DNA from: Eukaryota sp. TZLM1-RC | Lineage: Eukaryota; Protista; Metamonada: BaSk clade | Direction of reading: 5' to 3' | NCBI GenBank assembly: GCA_040285825.1 | Contig: JAUPSS010000001.1 | Span: 2,170,001-2,234,000, forward strand | Length of the DNA stretch: 64,000 nt | Shown: positions 32,427-46,989 of the stretch, piece by piece | How positions within the stretch are numbered: the stretch's first letter is position 1 | Layout of the letters: every line of letters begins with the position of its first letter | The notes under the pieces: generated by a model | The model's database searches: none | Seen by the model: the letters and a program-made list of their open reading frames with translations, nothing else | Told to the model about the DNA's origin: nothing | Program-made: the position numbers and the translations under genes

Positions 32427-35400
32427 TCAGTTCCATTCCATGATTAACATAAACTACCGGCAAACTATCTGGTGTTGTGTGGGGTACATAGGTGTCCATA
32501 TCAATAATAGAATAGTTTGGGGTGAAATCTAGTAGGAAAAAACCACCATCTAACACTTGTAGAATTTCGTTAAAAACAACACTTGCGTTTTTACCACCAA
32601 CAATGGGGCAATCTCGACGCCATTCAACTGGACCATTGAAAATAACAGTTGCAAAATCACCTACATCTTTTTCCCAAGTATCGTGAATAACACAACCCTT
32701 TTCAGCAATAGTAACTGACTGCTTGTCACCAGAAGAAATGAAACCACCACCTTCTCGCCAATCAAATTGATTAGCAATATAAAGTGTATCAAAACCACCT
32801 CGGAAACCTCCCTGAATAGTAAGTGAATCTAGGTGAATATCTAATCCAGTAATAAATGACACAATACCTTGCACTCTTATGTGAAGTCTTTCAAATTTTC
32901 CTCCTTCAACAATAGTAAAGTTTTCAAAAACAACATGACTACCTCTAACAGTAAGAGAAACATCTTCTGTAATACGAGCTCCTTCGGTAATGATTAATTG
33001 ACCATGGTCTTGGACTTGGGATTCAAAAAGTGAAAACTCAGTTTTAATATAGATAATCCCTGTAACTTCCCTAATAATGAAATAAAAACCATTACCAACA
33101 ATTCTAGAACCAGGAGCATCTTCAAAAGTAAAAGGATCTCCAACTACTCCAATTCTAGTATTTGGTTGACAAATGACTTCATAAACAGAAAAACCACCTC
33201 CAGCCATTAAAAACTCTCCGAATTGTAGATCAACCAGACCATAGTTTTCAAAATAAAATTCATTTGAAAAAGTGGAAACAAACATCGTAAGGGTTCCTTG
33301 GTTGAGGAGGATTGACCTTGTGTTGTTGCAAGAGTCATCAATCCATGTAAGAGCTTGTAGAAATATCATCTCTGCGTTTTCCTCGTTAATAATTTGGGCT
33401 TCTGAACCATAAAATATTCCAAAACCGATAACATCAAATTCTCCTCTATTAATTAAAACAGAATGATTATACATAAAACGATCAAAACCTTGAGGCGCAG
33501 CTTCCGCTGTGTTCAGGATAACTACCATTGCATTTTCCCCAAACCCACCACCTTGCCAATCTAAATGATTGGTTACGTGAACCTCATCATAACCACCAGA
33601 AAAACCATTAATCAAAACCAAATCGGCGATAGTAATCAAGGTATTGGTGAAAAAGTTGACATCACCGTAATGGCAAGTTACTGTTCGAAGAGGTACCATT
33701 TGTGAAACCTTGTTGAACCTTGCTTCGCCATAAACAACCTCAAGATTAAAAGAATTTGCCAAAAAGGCATCATCATCGAATATCAAAGTTCCTTCATTGA
33801 TACGTACATCTGAATCAGTAGAGAAATAACCATGTAAATGAACAACTGCATTGGAATAAAGACGAATTTCACCGTGACAAATAACTCTTGAAGTTGGTCC
33901 CAGAACCGAAAGTTCCGACTCTGAATGGAAAGCCAAAGTACCAGGTGTATTGATAGTAAAATTGCCATTACCAAGCACAGCAGCATAAGCTTCAAAAGTA
34001 CCAAATTCGATATTAAATTCGCCATTTACCTTAAAGTTCCAGAAACTCCTAAAGCGTACCAAGAATGGCATCAGATTGAGCTCTCCATTAATTACAAACA
34101 GGGCATCACAAACCTTGGGAGTAAGTGATGAATTACCAGACCGATGATTACAAACAAGTTCCGTATTAGAGGTTAAAGTTAAGGAACCAGTGGGACTAAT
34201 TTCAAACGTAGAGTCATCAAAACCATTGAAAGCACCACTTCCAGTCCATCGAACTTCTTCATGAACAATGACGTGGACCATATTTTCAAGGCGTTTAGCA
34301 GAATTACTGGTGATATCCAATGGATTGAATATATCAACAACCATATCACCACTGAAACCACCTCCTCTCCATTCAAAAACTTCATCAGAATTGAATTCAG
34401 TAGAATTAATCACAATGTTATCTCCTGTTCCTTTAATAGTACCCCTATCATCCAATACACCATAACCATCAAAAGTAACTAAACCAATACCAGTTTCAAA
34501 ACTCATAGTTGCATCATCAATTACTTCAAAGCCTCGAACACTGCCTAAATCATTGGTTAAATGGTGGAAATTCAAAGTAGCATTAGAGGAAATGTGAATT
34601 CTGGATATAGAGAGATCCACAGGGCCTGTAAAAGTGACAAAACCAGTATCATATTGAAGATTTTGGAATGAAAATTCGTGTCGAACTTCCACATGAGCAG
34701 CACAATGATCAGGTCTAAATTGGGCTGGTTGAAGGGAAAAGGTATCTAATTGTTCAATTACTCTGGATGTATTATGGAAGATATACTTGGCGTTATATGA
34801 TCTTCTCCAACAAGCTCCAGATTCTTCAAAGAAAATTCTACATGAATCTTCAATGAAATAATCATCATAGACATCAAGAGAACCCCTAAATCTAACTGTA
34901 CCTCCTGTATGGTTAAAACTGTTTCTAATTGAGATAGAAGTATACCAACGACGAACATGACTTCCTTCAAGTATAGTATAAGGACCATGAAAACTGACAG
35001 TTTGGCCTGTACCATCAAATCTGGACCGAAGAATAGTTGTTGCACATTCAGAAGTGATTAATGAAGAGTCTTGTAATCTAACAGTGTTTCCTGTATCAAT
35101 ATCCAATTGAGCTGAGGGTAAAAAGACAATTCTGGATGTATCTCTTATGGTTTTGGTTCTAGAACTACTAATGCAGTGTTCAATTCTACCAATTCGGCTC
35201 ACATAAATCTTACCAGAACCACTTATATAACCACAACGCCAAATAAAATCTTTTACATAAATGTCATCTGAACCACTCTTATGACCACCATCAAGAATGA
35301 AAGAATTTAGGGTTAAATCATGCGTGGTGCTAAATTCAGCTTCACCGTTGAAAAGTTCCACATCAGTAAATGAAGTAGCTTCTGATGTTTGACCAAATCT

Positions 35401-38400
35401 AATAAATTCAGATGAAGTCATTCTCAACACTTTAGAGGTAACGGGTTCTTGTAAACCATAAATATAAACATCAGAAGTAGTGGCAACATCGAAAACATCC
35501 AGAGAAAAGTTTCCTGTAACAGATGTAGAATGATCAATGGTTAAAACAGAGCGATCTCGAAGATAAAATTCTGTAATGTTAAGAATAGCGTGTTCACCAA
35601 AATACCAAGCACCATTACCTTGACTGAATACATGGCTTAGATCCCAATAACCATTGAACAAAACTTCAAGTCTCCATTCTCTCGGATCTGAATCTCTGTC
35701 AGCATGGTCTCTATTGCCGGGATTCCAACCATGCAAATGCATATTACCTGCACCACTTGCCACACTACCTTTTCTAAAGTCATGGTTCCAAGGACCTAAG
35801 AGTAATTGTGCATCTTCCTCAAGGAAATAACGAGCAGAGGCATAAGAAACAGATGGTGCATCAAAAAAGACAGTAACACCGTCAGCAGCAGTAAATATAT
35901 TGTGCTGTAAAACTCTTAATTCAAAATCAACTCTAATATCTTCAGTAGGAAAATCTAAAACACCATAATTGATGAGATAATGATACCTTTCACGATTACG
36001 ACCACCAGATGGATATCGAGTGTTAAATTCAACGGGATCAACAAATCTTGCATGACCATCAGCCAATACACGTATATTTACCCTAGCATTTGAATCCCTT
36101 GCATCCATGGTAACATCCCCAGGACCTCCAATAAAAGCATAATTATGAATATTTAAATCCATATTATAACTCATTCCCCTTCCCTTGGCGTTAGTAGAGT
36201 TAAGCTTATACAAAACATCTAATTGACGAATAGCTAATTCACCACCATTCCAGTCAAAAAAATCAACTTCAAGAATATCAGTCCCGTGAATAGAAGATTG
36301 ATTGTAGGATTCGTAAGTGTTGTCTCGTTTTCTATCAAAACCTATTTGCCTTAGACAATCACTACTGAAAAAGTCACTTTCATCTGGAAGATTCATTGTA
36401 ATTGAATCTATTGAAACTTGATTATTAGTATTGAGAGATAAGTACCCATGGTTTACGGTTAAAGAAGGGGTACTCCAATCGTAATCGAAATCAGTTAGTC
36501 TCAAGGCACCACCATTATTAATTTCCTGTTCGTCAGGGATAATAAATGGTAAATCATGGTGAACAATATCAAGAGTTCCTCCGTTAATATCTAAATTAGG
36601 GAACAAAAGACCATAAATAGACCTAAAATGACGTAGCCTACCACATTCATTCAACACTACAGATTCATAAGTAAAGTTCTGTCCACTTTCCAAACCAAAA
36701 TAAGTACTACGATCAAAAGAAACATAGCCTCTTTCTATAACCAGCTTATTGATAGGATGTCTTGCTTCTTCAAGGAAAAATAACCGTCCAAATGATTGAG
36801 TATGGTCTGAGCGTAGGTCAAAAATACCATTAAATCGGACATATGAACCATCGGTTCTAAAGTCAATTCTACAGGTAGGGCAAGAGATTGCTGAAGTAGG
36901 TGTAAATAAGTGATGTGTGTCTTGATTTTGGTTCATTTCAGAGTTAAACGCAAGTAAACACGTAGGGCAAAGGGTAATATTGGTTTCAATAACACCACCA
37001 CCAGTTCCAAGAGCTAATTCGAAATCCAAAACTTCATTAATAGTATCTGGTTTCAGCTCGACTTTCCAGTGAAGATGGCGTTTTTTGGTGGCGTTTCTAA
37101 AATATAATTCGCCATAATTGCGGAAAATTCCAATACGATTGACATAATTGTTGTCTTGAACAGAAAATACAAAATCTCCAATAACATTAGTGACATTCAT
37201 CAACTCCAGAGTACCACTATAATCACCACGAATATCACCATTGTCCACATCAATTGTACACAATACATTTGCCGCTAGCTTGGTACTAGATCCATGAATT
37301 AGTTTATCATTGGAGGTATAAATAGTTAAAGGTTCGTCGGATTCTGTGATACCTCCCCTAAATCCTCCACCTTTAAAATGAATTTCATGGTGAACAATTG
37401 CTCGATCACTACCATCTCTTGTGGCAGTATGTCTATGGGCACCATCTAATACCAAGTGGTCAATATTAACCAAATATCGAGTATTTAATCGTAACGTACC
37501 TTGAATAATTTCAACATTATACAGAATGATAGGAAAATCACCAGAAAAGTCCTTCATTTCAACCAAAGATCCGCCTTTTATTTCAAAAGAAGGAACAATA
37601 AAATCATCTTGAATATTTTCGAATAAAAAGTCAGTACCATGTGGTTTAAATATTTCAATAGTGAATAAAGGAAGGGTAATAAACTCACACTCGCCCCCAG
37701 TACCAGATAATTCAGTAATATTTGAATACTCGTCACCATTTCTGATGCTTGCATCAGCATTTCCTGATAAAGTAAATAGTGGACTATTGAGGTGCAAAAA
37801 GCGATTAATAGTTAATCTAGCAGATACGTGAATCTGATCTTCTATTAAAACATCAACAACTCTTTCAAGTGTTAAAGTAGACCCTGAAATTGCGGTTAGT
37901 TTTGGTGTGTAAAATTCTAGGCCAACATCTTCAAATGTAGTTCTTCCACCAGTAGTTTTAATTTCAGTCAACACTCGAACAGTGCCTTCAACATTAGAGA
38001 ACAGGATAACAGACCCATGGGTACCAGTAAACTTGTCATCAATTAACAAGTCTTTGTGTAAATCTTTAAAAGTAACCTCACCACCAAGAGAGAAACTTTC
38101 TGGGGTCCAAACATTATTGTAAACATTACTAATGAACAAAGTATGTCCAGTTTCAACATACAAGCCACTTTCAAATACCAACCATTCATATAGATTAATT
38201 AAGGAAAAAGAACCTCCTAAATTCCGAGGTTTTGAAATAAAAGTGGTGTTGAGCAAAACATCTTTAAATGTAGCTTCTCCCCCTTCAAAATCAACCACAT
38301 CAAAGGTAAGATAGTTATTAATTTCTTCAACAATTAATTCTCCATCGGTTTGTTTCAAAAGGCTGATGAAGAAGGGCTGACTAACTTCAGTAATAGTGAA

Positions 38401-41400
38401 TTTACCTCCATGAATTGCTAATAAGTCAAAATCAAAAATCTCACTTCGTTCTTTACCTTCGTAAAAGTTTAATATACCATCATGAATAGTAATGGTATCA
38501 AGGTCGATACAAGTCTTATTAGTAAAAGTAAATGTACCTATATCGTGTACAAAATCAAGAGTTAAATTGTATCTTCCACTAAATACTATTTCACCTAAAC
38601 GATTAGTACGCAAAGTAGCCTTTAAACCATCAAAAACTGCATCTTCAGTGACAACAACCAAGGAATTATAAACATCAAAAGTGGTAAAAGGATCGAAATT
38701 GAACAATCCATCAAGTGTTGCATTGCCCTGGAACTGCCTAAATACTGTTGATTTTAAATCAAAAACTCCAGCATTAGTTTGTAAAAACTTGAGTTGATTT
38801 GTTAAATGACCAGTTCCATTGAGTTTGACAAAATTGCCAGTATTGATAAATAAGGGTAAATCAACATTGTCCGTTCTATTTACATCCATTACTGAAAAGA
38901 AAAAGTTATCCAAGTCACTGCATAAAACATCTCCACATAGGTATCCAAATTGAAGCAAACCATTATTAGCAAATATAGCATCTTGGTAAGAGTAAAAGGT
39001 AAAATCATCAACAAAAGCCATGGTTCCATTATTAATAAGTGAGGCATTAAAACTCAAATGTTTTAGGTAATAGTCTTCAAATAATACAAGAGAGTCTGAA
39101 CCAAAAACCAACTCGAATTGTTCTCCAGTATCTCTATGGGAACCAATTCTACCATTCTTCCAGAATCCTGATTGGGTAATTACTACATTATCAGCACCCT
39201 CGATATTACCAGAAATGAAATCAAAAACACTAATAGTGACATCAGTTCCTGTAGAGAAACGCAAAAAACCACCATGTAAAGTTAAATAGCCAATGTGAAC
39301 CGAGGTGATAATATCCTCAAAATAAATACTACCACCATTCTCAACAGAAACAGAATTATTAAAATTAATTACTTCAGAGCCTCTAAAAACAATAGAACAA
39401 TAGTCGAAGCAAGACCAAGAATCAGCAGTGAGGTTGGCATTAGTACCGAAATGAATTAAACCACGATCAAAAGAAGCAGTCAACATCTCAAATTGACCGG
39501 AAACCTTGAGGGTGGAATATTGATGAAGGGAAAGTAATCCATTAATTGCAGTATTAGAACCTTGGCCAACTGAGAATAATTCAAAACCAAAAACATAACC
39601 AAACTTGGTTTTATAAGGACCTAGTTCCAAATGAGAAGAATCTTTGGTATGAAAAGTACCCAGTGATTCACCACCAGCTGCTAAATAAAGTTTTCCCTTA
39701 TCCAGATTAAATGAACCGGATTTGGCAATAAAAAACTCAAATGAACAAATTAAATCAGCAGGAGAAATTTTACTTGCTTGACCCTTGATAACAAAACGGG
39801 GGGCATTATGAAAAGTTGAAGGTTTGACTGATCTGGGGTATAGCAAAGATTCACCGTTTAAATCAAAATATGCAAATCCATCAACAATAATAGATGCAAG
39901 AGAGTGTCCAATTATACAACCTTCATTCCAAACAGCATGATTCACAACTGTGATACTAGAATTAGCTAGTAACACCTTGTCAAAGGTCTTTTCAAAATAG
40001 ATAAATTGGGAAATAATATAAAGGTCAACCGAGCCAGAATGGAAAAAGAATTCTTCAGACTCAACAGTGTCAATACCCGTAACTAGAGAATCATTTAACA
40101 AGAAGTGATCTGTTCCAATAACATGACCTGTGTTGCTTATGAAAACAGACTGCTTTTCAATAGTGCAATCATTGATTCTAATTGGGGTATCATTTTCTAG
40201 GAAGGAAACAGTTGAATATTTGAAATCTAAATAATGGATAAGAGGATTGGTCAATTGTTGAGTAGACATTGTGGCATTGAATAAGGAAAAATCTATGATT
40301 TCCAAATCCTTACATTCAGCAAAATGAATCCATCCACTTTCGATATAAGTTTGATTAATGAGGAATGAAGAATGAATATCTTCCCAAATTACAGTAGATT
40401 CAGTACCATTCTGGACAAAGTTGATAATATTGAGGTCCCTGTGTAAATCAGAAACTTCTAGATAACCAAACACAAACAAGTAATTCAAGGTCCACAAAGA
40501 ACCTTCGTTACCAGAAAACTTAACCACAGCAGGGTACTCAATAACTAAGTCAGTGATGGTGAAAGTAGATCCAGGTTCAAAATAAATACTTCCAAAACCA
40601 AAGAATAAGTTCTCATTTAAGGAGTAATTACCATAAAATAAAACTTCAAGTGGATCTCCAATATAAGTGAAGTTGGAGTTGCGATCAGTGTAATTGACAG
40701 AAAAATGCACATCAGATCCAAGTAATAGGGAACTAGAGTAGAAAATAACTGATCCTTTTTCCAAGATATCAAAGGTTCCAAAACCAGAAAATTCCATAAA
40801 CCCATGAACATCACCACCATTAGACAGAACAATTGATGATGAATTACCAAATAAGTGCCCATTATGAACCAAGTGAACGTCAATTTCAAGTGTTCCGAAA
40901 TGAATAGAACTTGTGCCATTTAAAACAAAATAATTGTTGGAGCTATTAAGAGAATTTGAAACAAAAGAAGGAGAATCATAGAAATCAACGACAGAATGGT
41001 CTGAAAAAGCTAAACTTGAATGAGAATAAAACTCAAGATTTACAAAATCATCAACAATAGCACTGTTTAATACCGTAATACTGGCATTAGACATGGACTT
41101 TGAGGTAGGACTAGACAAAATAAAATGAGAATAATCACCAACAATAATTGAAACTTCAGTAAAATCACCTCCAAACCAAGTAAAATGGTCGGTAATATGC
41201 ACAGTATCCTGGCCAGAAATCTTGGAAGATCCAAAAAGAGTCATATTGTTGACAACAACTTCATGATTTGTATCAAAAACAACATGAGTTCCGTTAACAT
41301 CAAGAAAATCTAAATGAAGAGGTTCAACAAGTTCGGAAAATACCATAGATCCGCCATTAAGACTCATTCCTAAAATTTGAATATTCCCGGTTAAATTGGA

Positions 41401-44400
41401 AAAAGATAGAGAACCACCATTAATAATTAAGTTGGAAACAACAACATCACACTTCAAAGAGCTAAATTCAACGGAACCTTCTATAATTAAATGTGATAAT
41501 TCAAAAATTCCAGTGTCAGGGCACTCGGAAAACCCAATAGAACCTCCTTTTGGTACAATTAAAGAAGAAACATTGTAAACAGAACCCTCCATAAAATGTA
41601 GATAACCAGAACCAAGAATAATATCAGGATCAAGCAGGAACAAACCTTCAAAAAACACAGAAGATCCATCAGTAATAAAGTAAGTGGCCTCCAAGTTATC
41701 ATTTAATCCTCTTAACTTAGAATGAGAAGGAAAGATAAACTCCCCATCGGCCAATTCAAGAGTACAATTAGCACATAAAACAATATCAGAATTAAAAATA
41801 CCACCACCAGCAATTCTAAAGATGGAATCATCAATTACGTTAATTAAGGCTTCTGAATGAATATACCAAGAAATATCAAAATTATTCATTACAGTCAACA
41901 CCGCAGAGGGCGAAGCAAGGTGAAATAGAGATCTAGTTTCATTGGAAACATCAGACTGCTTCCATACTGAGGGTGATAATAAAGTAATATTGGCACCTTC
42001 TAGAACAGTAAAAACGGCACCAGAATGACCAACAAAATAACCATCTGAATCTAAAATAAGAGTACCATTTAGGTCTATTAAAGAGTTTTCGAGTAATTGT
42101 TTATCAGCATTACCAGTGAATAACACAGACGCTTCACTATTGATATTGATAACAGTATTGTTAGTTGAGAAACTACCTTCGTCCACAGTCAAGAGATTTG
42201 TTATGGAAATTTCATTATTGATTGCCCTAATAGTGCCCTTTTCCAACAAAACTTCTTCCAAATAAGCAAAGGAGTCAGTGAAGGTAATAGTAGAATTGTT
42301 ATCAATGAGGGTCAATGGTAAGTAAAGAGAATCTTCAGTTGTAAAAGAAGAATCAAACAATAAATCACCGCCAATAAGATTAACAAAAGGAGTAATAAAA
42401 TCATCAGTATCAATAAATTCAATAGCACCTCCAATAGAAGTAATTGAGGTAAAGTTATTTCGACCTCGGGATTCTGAATCTACGCTTCTAAAAGTACCAT
42501 CAATAGAAGTAATGGAATCCAAATTCATTTCAGTTGAACTAGAAAATTCAAAAATACCGCCTAAATGTTCATAATTGGGTTCCAAACTGTAAGTACCTGC
42601 GAAAGAAACATAAGCATTTGGTTTGGTTTCAACACTAGAAGGAATTGATTTAAATTGAGAATTTGAATCGATTTCAAAAAATAAAGGTTCAAGACAAGGT
42701 ACTTCACTAGTGGAGTCCAAACAGATACCATCAAAAACAATAGAACTTTCAGCAATATCAATAATAGAAGAGGTCAAATCACCTCCTCCAGCCAAAGTAA
42801 CAGGGTCTGACTCAACATTAAAGGTGACCGTCCCTTGTAAAAAGGGTGAAATAAGCGCAGATTGTTTGAAATTGATTATACTACCAGATGTGAAAATGAA
42901 CTTGGCTCGATTTGACTCGAATGGTAAATGAGTAATAAAAAGAGCACTATGGATACCAAAATTAACATTGTCACCAAGAATTAATTCCGCTCCTTGACCC
43001 ATAAAAAGTGTATCTACGTCAGAATTAACAATAGAATCAGCTAACAACTCAACTTTGGCGTTATTAGTTATAGTTTTGGTATCAGAACTTTTAAATTCAA
43101 CAGCTTGTTCAAATACAGTTTTCCCAGAATCACTAAACCTTCCACCACTAATAAGGGAGTTTTTCTTAACAATTAGTGTGTCAACACCAGACCTAGTAGA
43201 ATTGTCATTAAGATTAAAAAAATCAAAACAAATAACATCCCTTCCCGTGTTAAGATTCAACACTGCATCACTGTTTAAATTAATTGAAGGTAAATCAAGA
43301 CTGAATTCCAAATGTACAATGTCCAATAAACCGCTAATATCAATTAAGGGGAGTACAAGAGCAGATTCCACAGTATCAATGTATAATTCAGAATTGGGAA
43401 AGAGTGTTAATTCTGAGTTAATTGTAATACAATCAGAATCAAAAAGCAAAACCCTGGTTGGTTCATCAATTGCTGAGAGTTTGAAATGATCAAATTCAAA
43501 TTTGTTAATGTTAGAAGTAGTAAAAGATCCAGCAGAAACAGAAAATAGATTGGCTGAGAATGAACTGCAATCCATAGCGGTAAATAAGGCTGAATAAGCA
43601 CCTGTTTGGAGAAGATTAGTGAAATTGGCGGAATAAATTGAAAGTAATTCAGTTTTGGCTTGATTCAAAAGATTACCCTTGACATTGTGAGAGTCACGTA
43701 TTTGTAATAAAGAATTATTGAACACAGAGTAATCAACAAACATGACGTGATTGGAAATGTCAACTATTTCTACAAGAGTGTCGTGATTTTGAGCTCCTTT
43801 TTGAATCTGAAAATTACAAAGATTATCAACAACAAGAGTAGAGTTATCATCAATATTAACTAAATCAAGATTCAAATCTCCGAAATTGGCGAACTGCAAC
43901 ATGGAAAAATCATACAAATAAACATAAGGGAAAGAAATATCCAAAGTTGAATTAACAATTTCCAAGACAGACTCTCCAAACAAAGTTATATTAGAACTTA
44001 CAACCTCAGCATATGGAGATTGGATTATAAAAGTGTTATTAGAACCAGTTAGCGTATTAAAATAAATTTTTCCAGGGAGATTGTTGAAAGCGACAAAACC
44101 TGAATAGTAAAAGTAATTAATACTGATTGAAGAATTAAAGCCAATAGATTCAACTACTAGAGTACCGTTATCTACAATGAAATCATCTATTACGAGACTA
44201 GAAACAAGATCTGTAAATAAAGAATCCACTGAGTCAAGATTAATGAGATCTAATTCCCAGATCTCTTTGGAGTATTTACAATTCTTAAAGTCAAGAGCAC
44301 CGGATAACCCTTCTACAACGGTAATTTCTTTAATAAATGCATCAATGAATCTTAATGAACCTGATGGTTTTGAAATAAAAGGAGACGCGGAATAATTACC

Positions 44401-46258
44401 TTTAAAAACAATTTCACCGCCTAAACCAGGGTTTAAGTAACCTTTACCAAAAACTACGGAATCTGAAACAAAAGTAATTAAATTATCACTAGTAGAAACA
44501 AAGGAACCTTCACCAAGAGAGAAAGTACTATTAATAAGAGGTTCGTTTGTACTTTCAATTAAAAACTCAGTATGTTTATCCAAGGTAAAATTACTATTTG
44601 GAGCGAATAAAGATGAAACATTTGGAGTAATTATAAAACCTGGAGAATTGACAGTAAAATTACCAGCAAAAGAGACCTGAGAGTTTGCGTCTTCAAAAGT
44701 AGTTAGTACAATGGGATATTCGACTCTAGGCTTAATATAACTCCAGGAAGTTGATTCAAAAGCAACACTGGTTTGATCATCTAAAATAAGGGGAATTTCT
44801 GAATAAAAATAAGCTTCACTTTTGAAAGACACAGTGGAAAAGCTACTAATAACGAGGGTACCGTTAATAAAGGCATTTCCCTTTACAATAAAATCAACGT
44901 TAGAAAACAAAACAGCTGGATAAAATTCTGTGGAAGAATGCAAATAAAAATCTCCAGATAAAATTACACTATTATATAAATGACCATTAAACCAATCCAT
45001 TTTGTCAGAAACTTTGAGTACATCGGTACCTAAAACCATTGGTAACTCGTATTCACAGCCAGAGCCTAGCATAAGGGTATCAATTTCAGCAGCGGGACCA
45101 GATTCTAAAACAATAGTAGAATTGCCAACAACACTCAGAGAGACTAGTTTAATTTCACCAGAACTGGGTTGAAATTCAAGCCCAGCATTTCCATCAAGTT
45201 TGATAATATTAGTGAAAGAACCCAACGGATTCCAAGAAGCACCTGATTCTATTAGGAAATAACCACTTTTTACATCAACCAAGAAACTATTAAGCCTTAA
45301 ACTTGAAGAAGATTCCCAAATGACTGCACTAGATTCGCCAGCATCATTACAGAGGAAACTTCTGGTTGTAGAACCATCGGCAAATCTTAAAAGAGAACCT
45401 TCGCCTATTATTAAATCTCCTGGGAAGTTATAATCACCATTGACTTGTACAGTTGATTGAGGAGTAATGATTAATCTGCCGTTCTGAGTAATAGAAGAAC
45501 CCCTGCCGAATCTTGTATCTGCTTCTAATACCAAATCTCCATGTAAAGCAAACTGAGCAGTGAGGTCACCTGGGTTAGTTAGAATAAGAGTACCGCTTTC
45601 AATAGTAACACGTTCTCTCGCGTGGAAGGTGACGTCAATAGTAACAGTTCCGGTAGTTGAAACAATCACATCACGGGTACATTCAAAGTTGGGATTTTGG
45701 CCTCCATTGTGGTCGTGATCAGGGGCTAGTTCGATAAATGAAGGGGAAGTAAAGTCTATAGTACCAGAGTTCAGCAGAATCGCACCCTCTGCAAGGCCAA
45801 GGTAAGCAGTGTCTGGGGAACTGAATACAAGACGGCCTTGGTTAGAGAGAGGAACATGAAGGGACTTGGGGAGGGAGGAAGAGATCGTCGAGTCCTCAAG
45901 GAGGAGGAGAAAACCTGATCCAAAGATGGAACCAGAGGTATAGTTGAGGTCGTTAATAGTGAAGGAAGCAGCCGGGGCGAGTTCGAGAGAGAAGTAGCAG
46001 TCGTCGGCTCCAATGTGAAGAGAAGAGAGGGGAAACATTCCTCGGACAGAAAAGACAGTATGGTTAGAGAAGAGACAGGATGTGAGATAGACATCATCGT
46101 TGTGTTCGGGTACACCATCAGACCAACATGAGTCGATTGCCCATTCACAACCATCTTCATCGAGATAGTGCGTAGCTAAGGTGAGATATGCATAAAAATA
46201 ACATACTCTTCGCACAAGTAAGCACACACAGCAACAGTAGTGTTACAAGAAGCTTCAT
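32404..46258 (-). CDS. N-terminal half of the giant surface protein; exon 1 46207-46258, intron 46176-46206
   Basis: 4607-aa ORF of beta-strand-rich repeats (GGxRxGxDxLxV..FxWxGG modules). Splicing the 31-nt intron GTATGT..CTCAC.TTAG gives the signal peptide MKLLVTLLLLCVLTCA followed by W..DSCWSDGVPEHNDDV. Confidence 0.85.
46176..46206 (-). other. 31-nt spliceosomal intron
   Basis: gtatgttatttttatgcatatctcaccttag; removal restores frame and a signal peptide. Confidence 0.85.
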
Positions 46259-46317
46259 TTGAAAAGCTTTGAGAGAGATTGAAATGATTTGTTTTCAGTA
46301 AAATAATGAATAATAAT

Positions 46318-46603
46318 CTTTCCCATTTTCGATAAATGGAAGATTATCAGTTGAAGCAGAAACTTTTTCGGATGACTTCCAAAAAATGGTGCAAGAAAAA
46401 ACAATGAAAAGATTTGATATTTTTTTATGGCGTTCACGGATTCAATTTGCCATTATTAATAGATTACCGCGGTTTTTCAATCGAATAAGAGAAGCTTTAG
46501 CTAGACAGCAAGCAGATCAAGATTTTGTAGAGGAAATCTTGGTTCAATGATAGTCGTCCCATTAGTATTGAGTTAATTTAATTAAGTGTGCAAATTCAAT
46601 AAA
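46318..46603 (+). mobile_element. 3' terminal fragment of the CRE-like element
   Basis: Near-identical to 15125-15280 and similar to 16950-17150; ends ...gtgcaaattcaataaa. Confidence 0.8.
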
Positions 46604-46989
46604 TATATTATATGTAAAATAATTAAATGAGTTAATTACAAAAATGCTCGCGTTTGGATCCCCCTTCTTTCAAATCTGTTCACGTTTTTCAATTGAGCCT
46701 AATTTCCCCTTCTGTCCTCCAATCTGAACACTATGACCGAGAACAAAGCCTTAGAAGAGCTGATGCGCCTCCGTCATGAGCCTAACGATGCAAGAAACTC
46801 TGATAGAAGACGCTCTGGGTCTCGTAAGGTCGCAACTGTTGCACAACCTAACTTTAAAATAATTGCTTTTTCTCCTCATACATGCTTTGGATCAATGTCT
46901 ACCACCAACAAGGCTGCAAATGCAGAATATATTGTAAATATGGCAAGTATTCAATCAAAACCCAGGGTTTAAATGTAAAATCCAGGATT

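Noticed and set aside
46207-46227. ORF-track GTG start of the 4607-aa ORF
   Set aside because: Reads through an intron; the spliced ATG at 46258 gives a proper signal peptide
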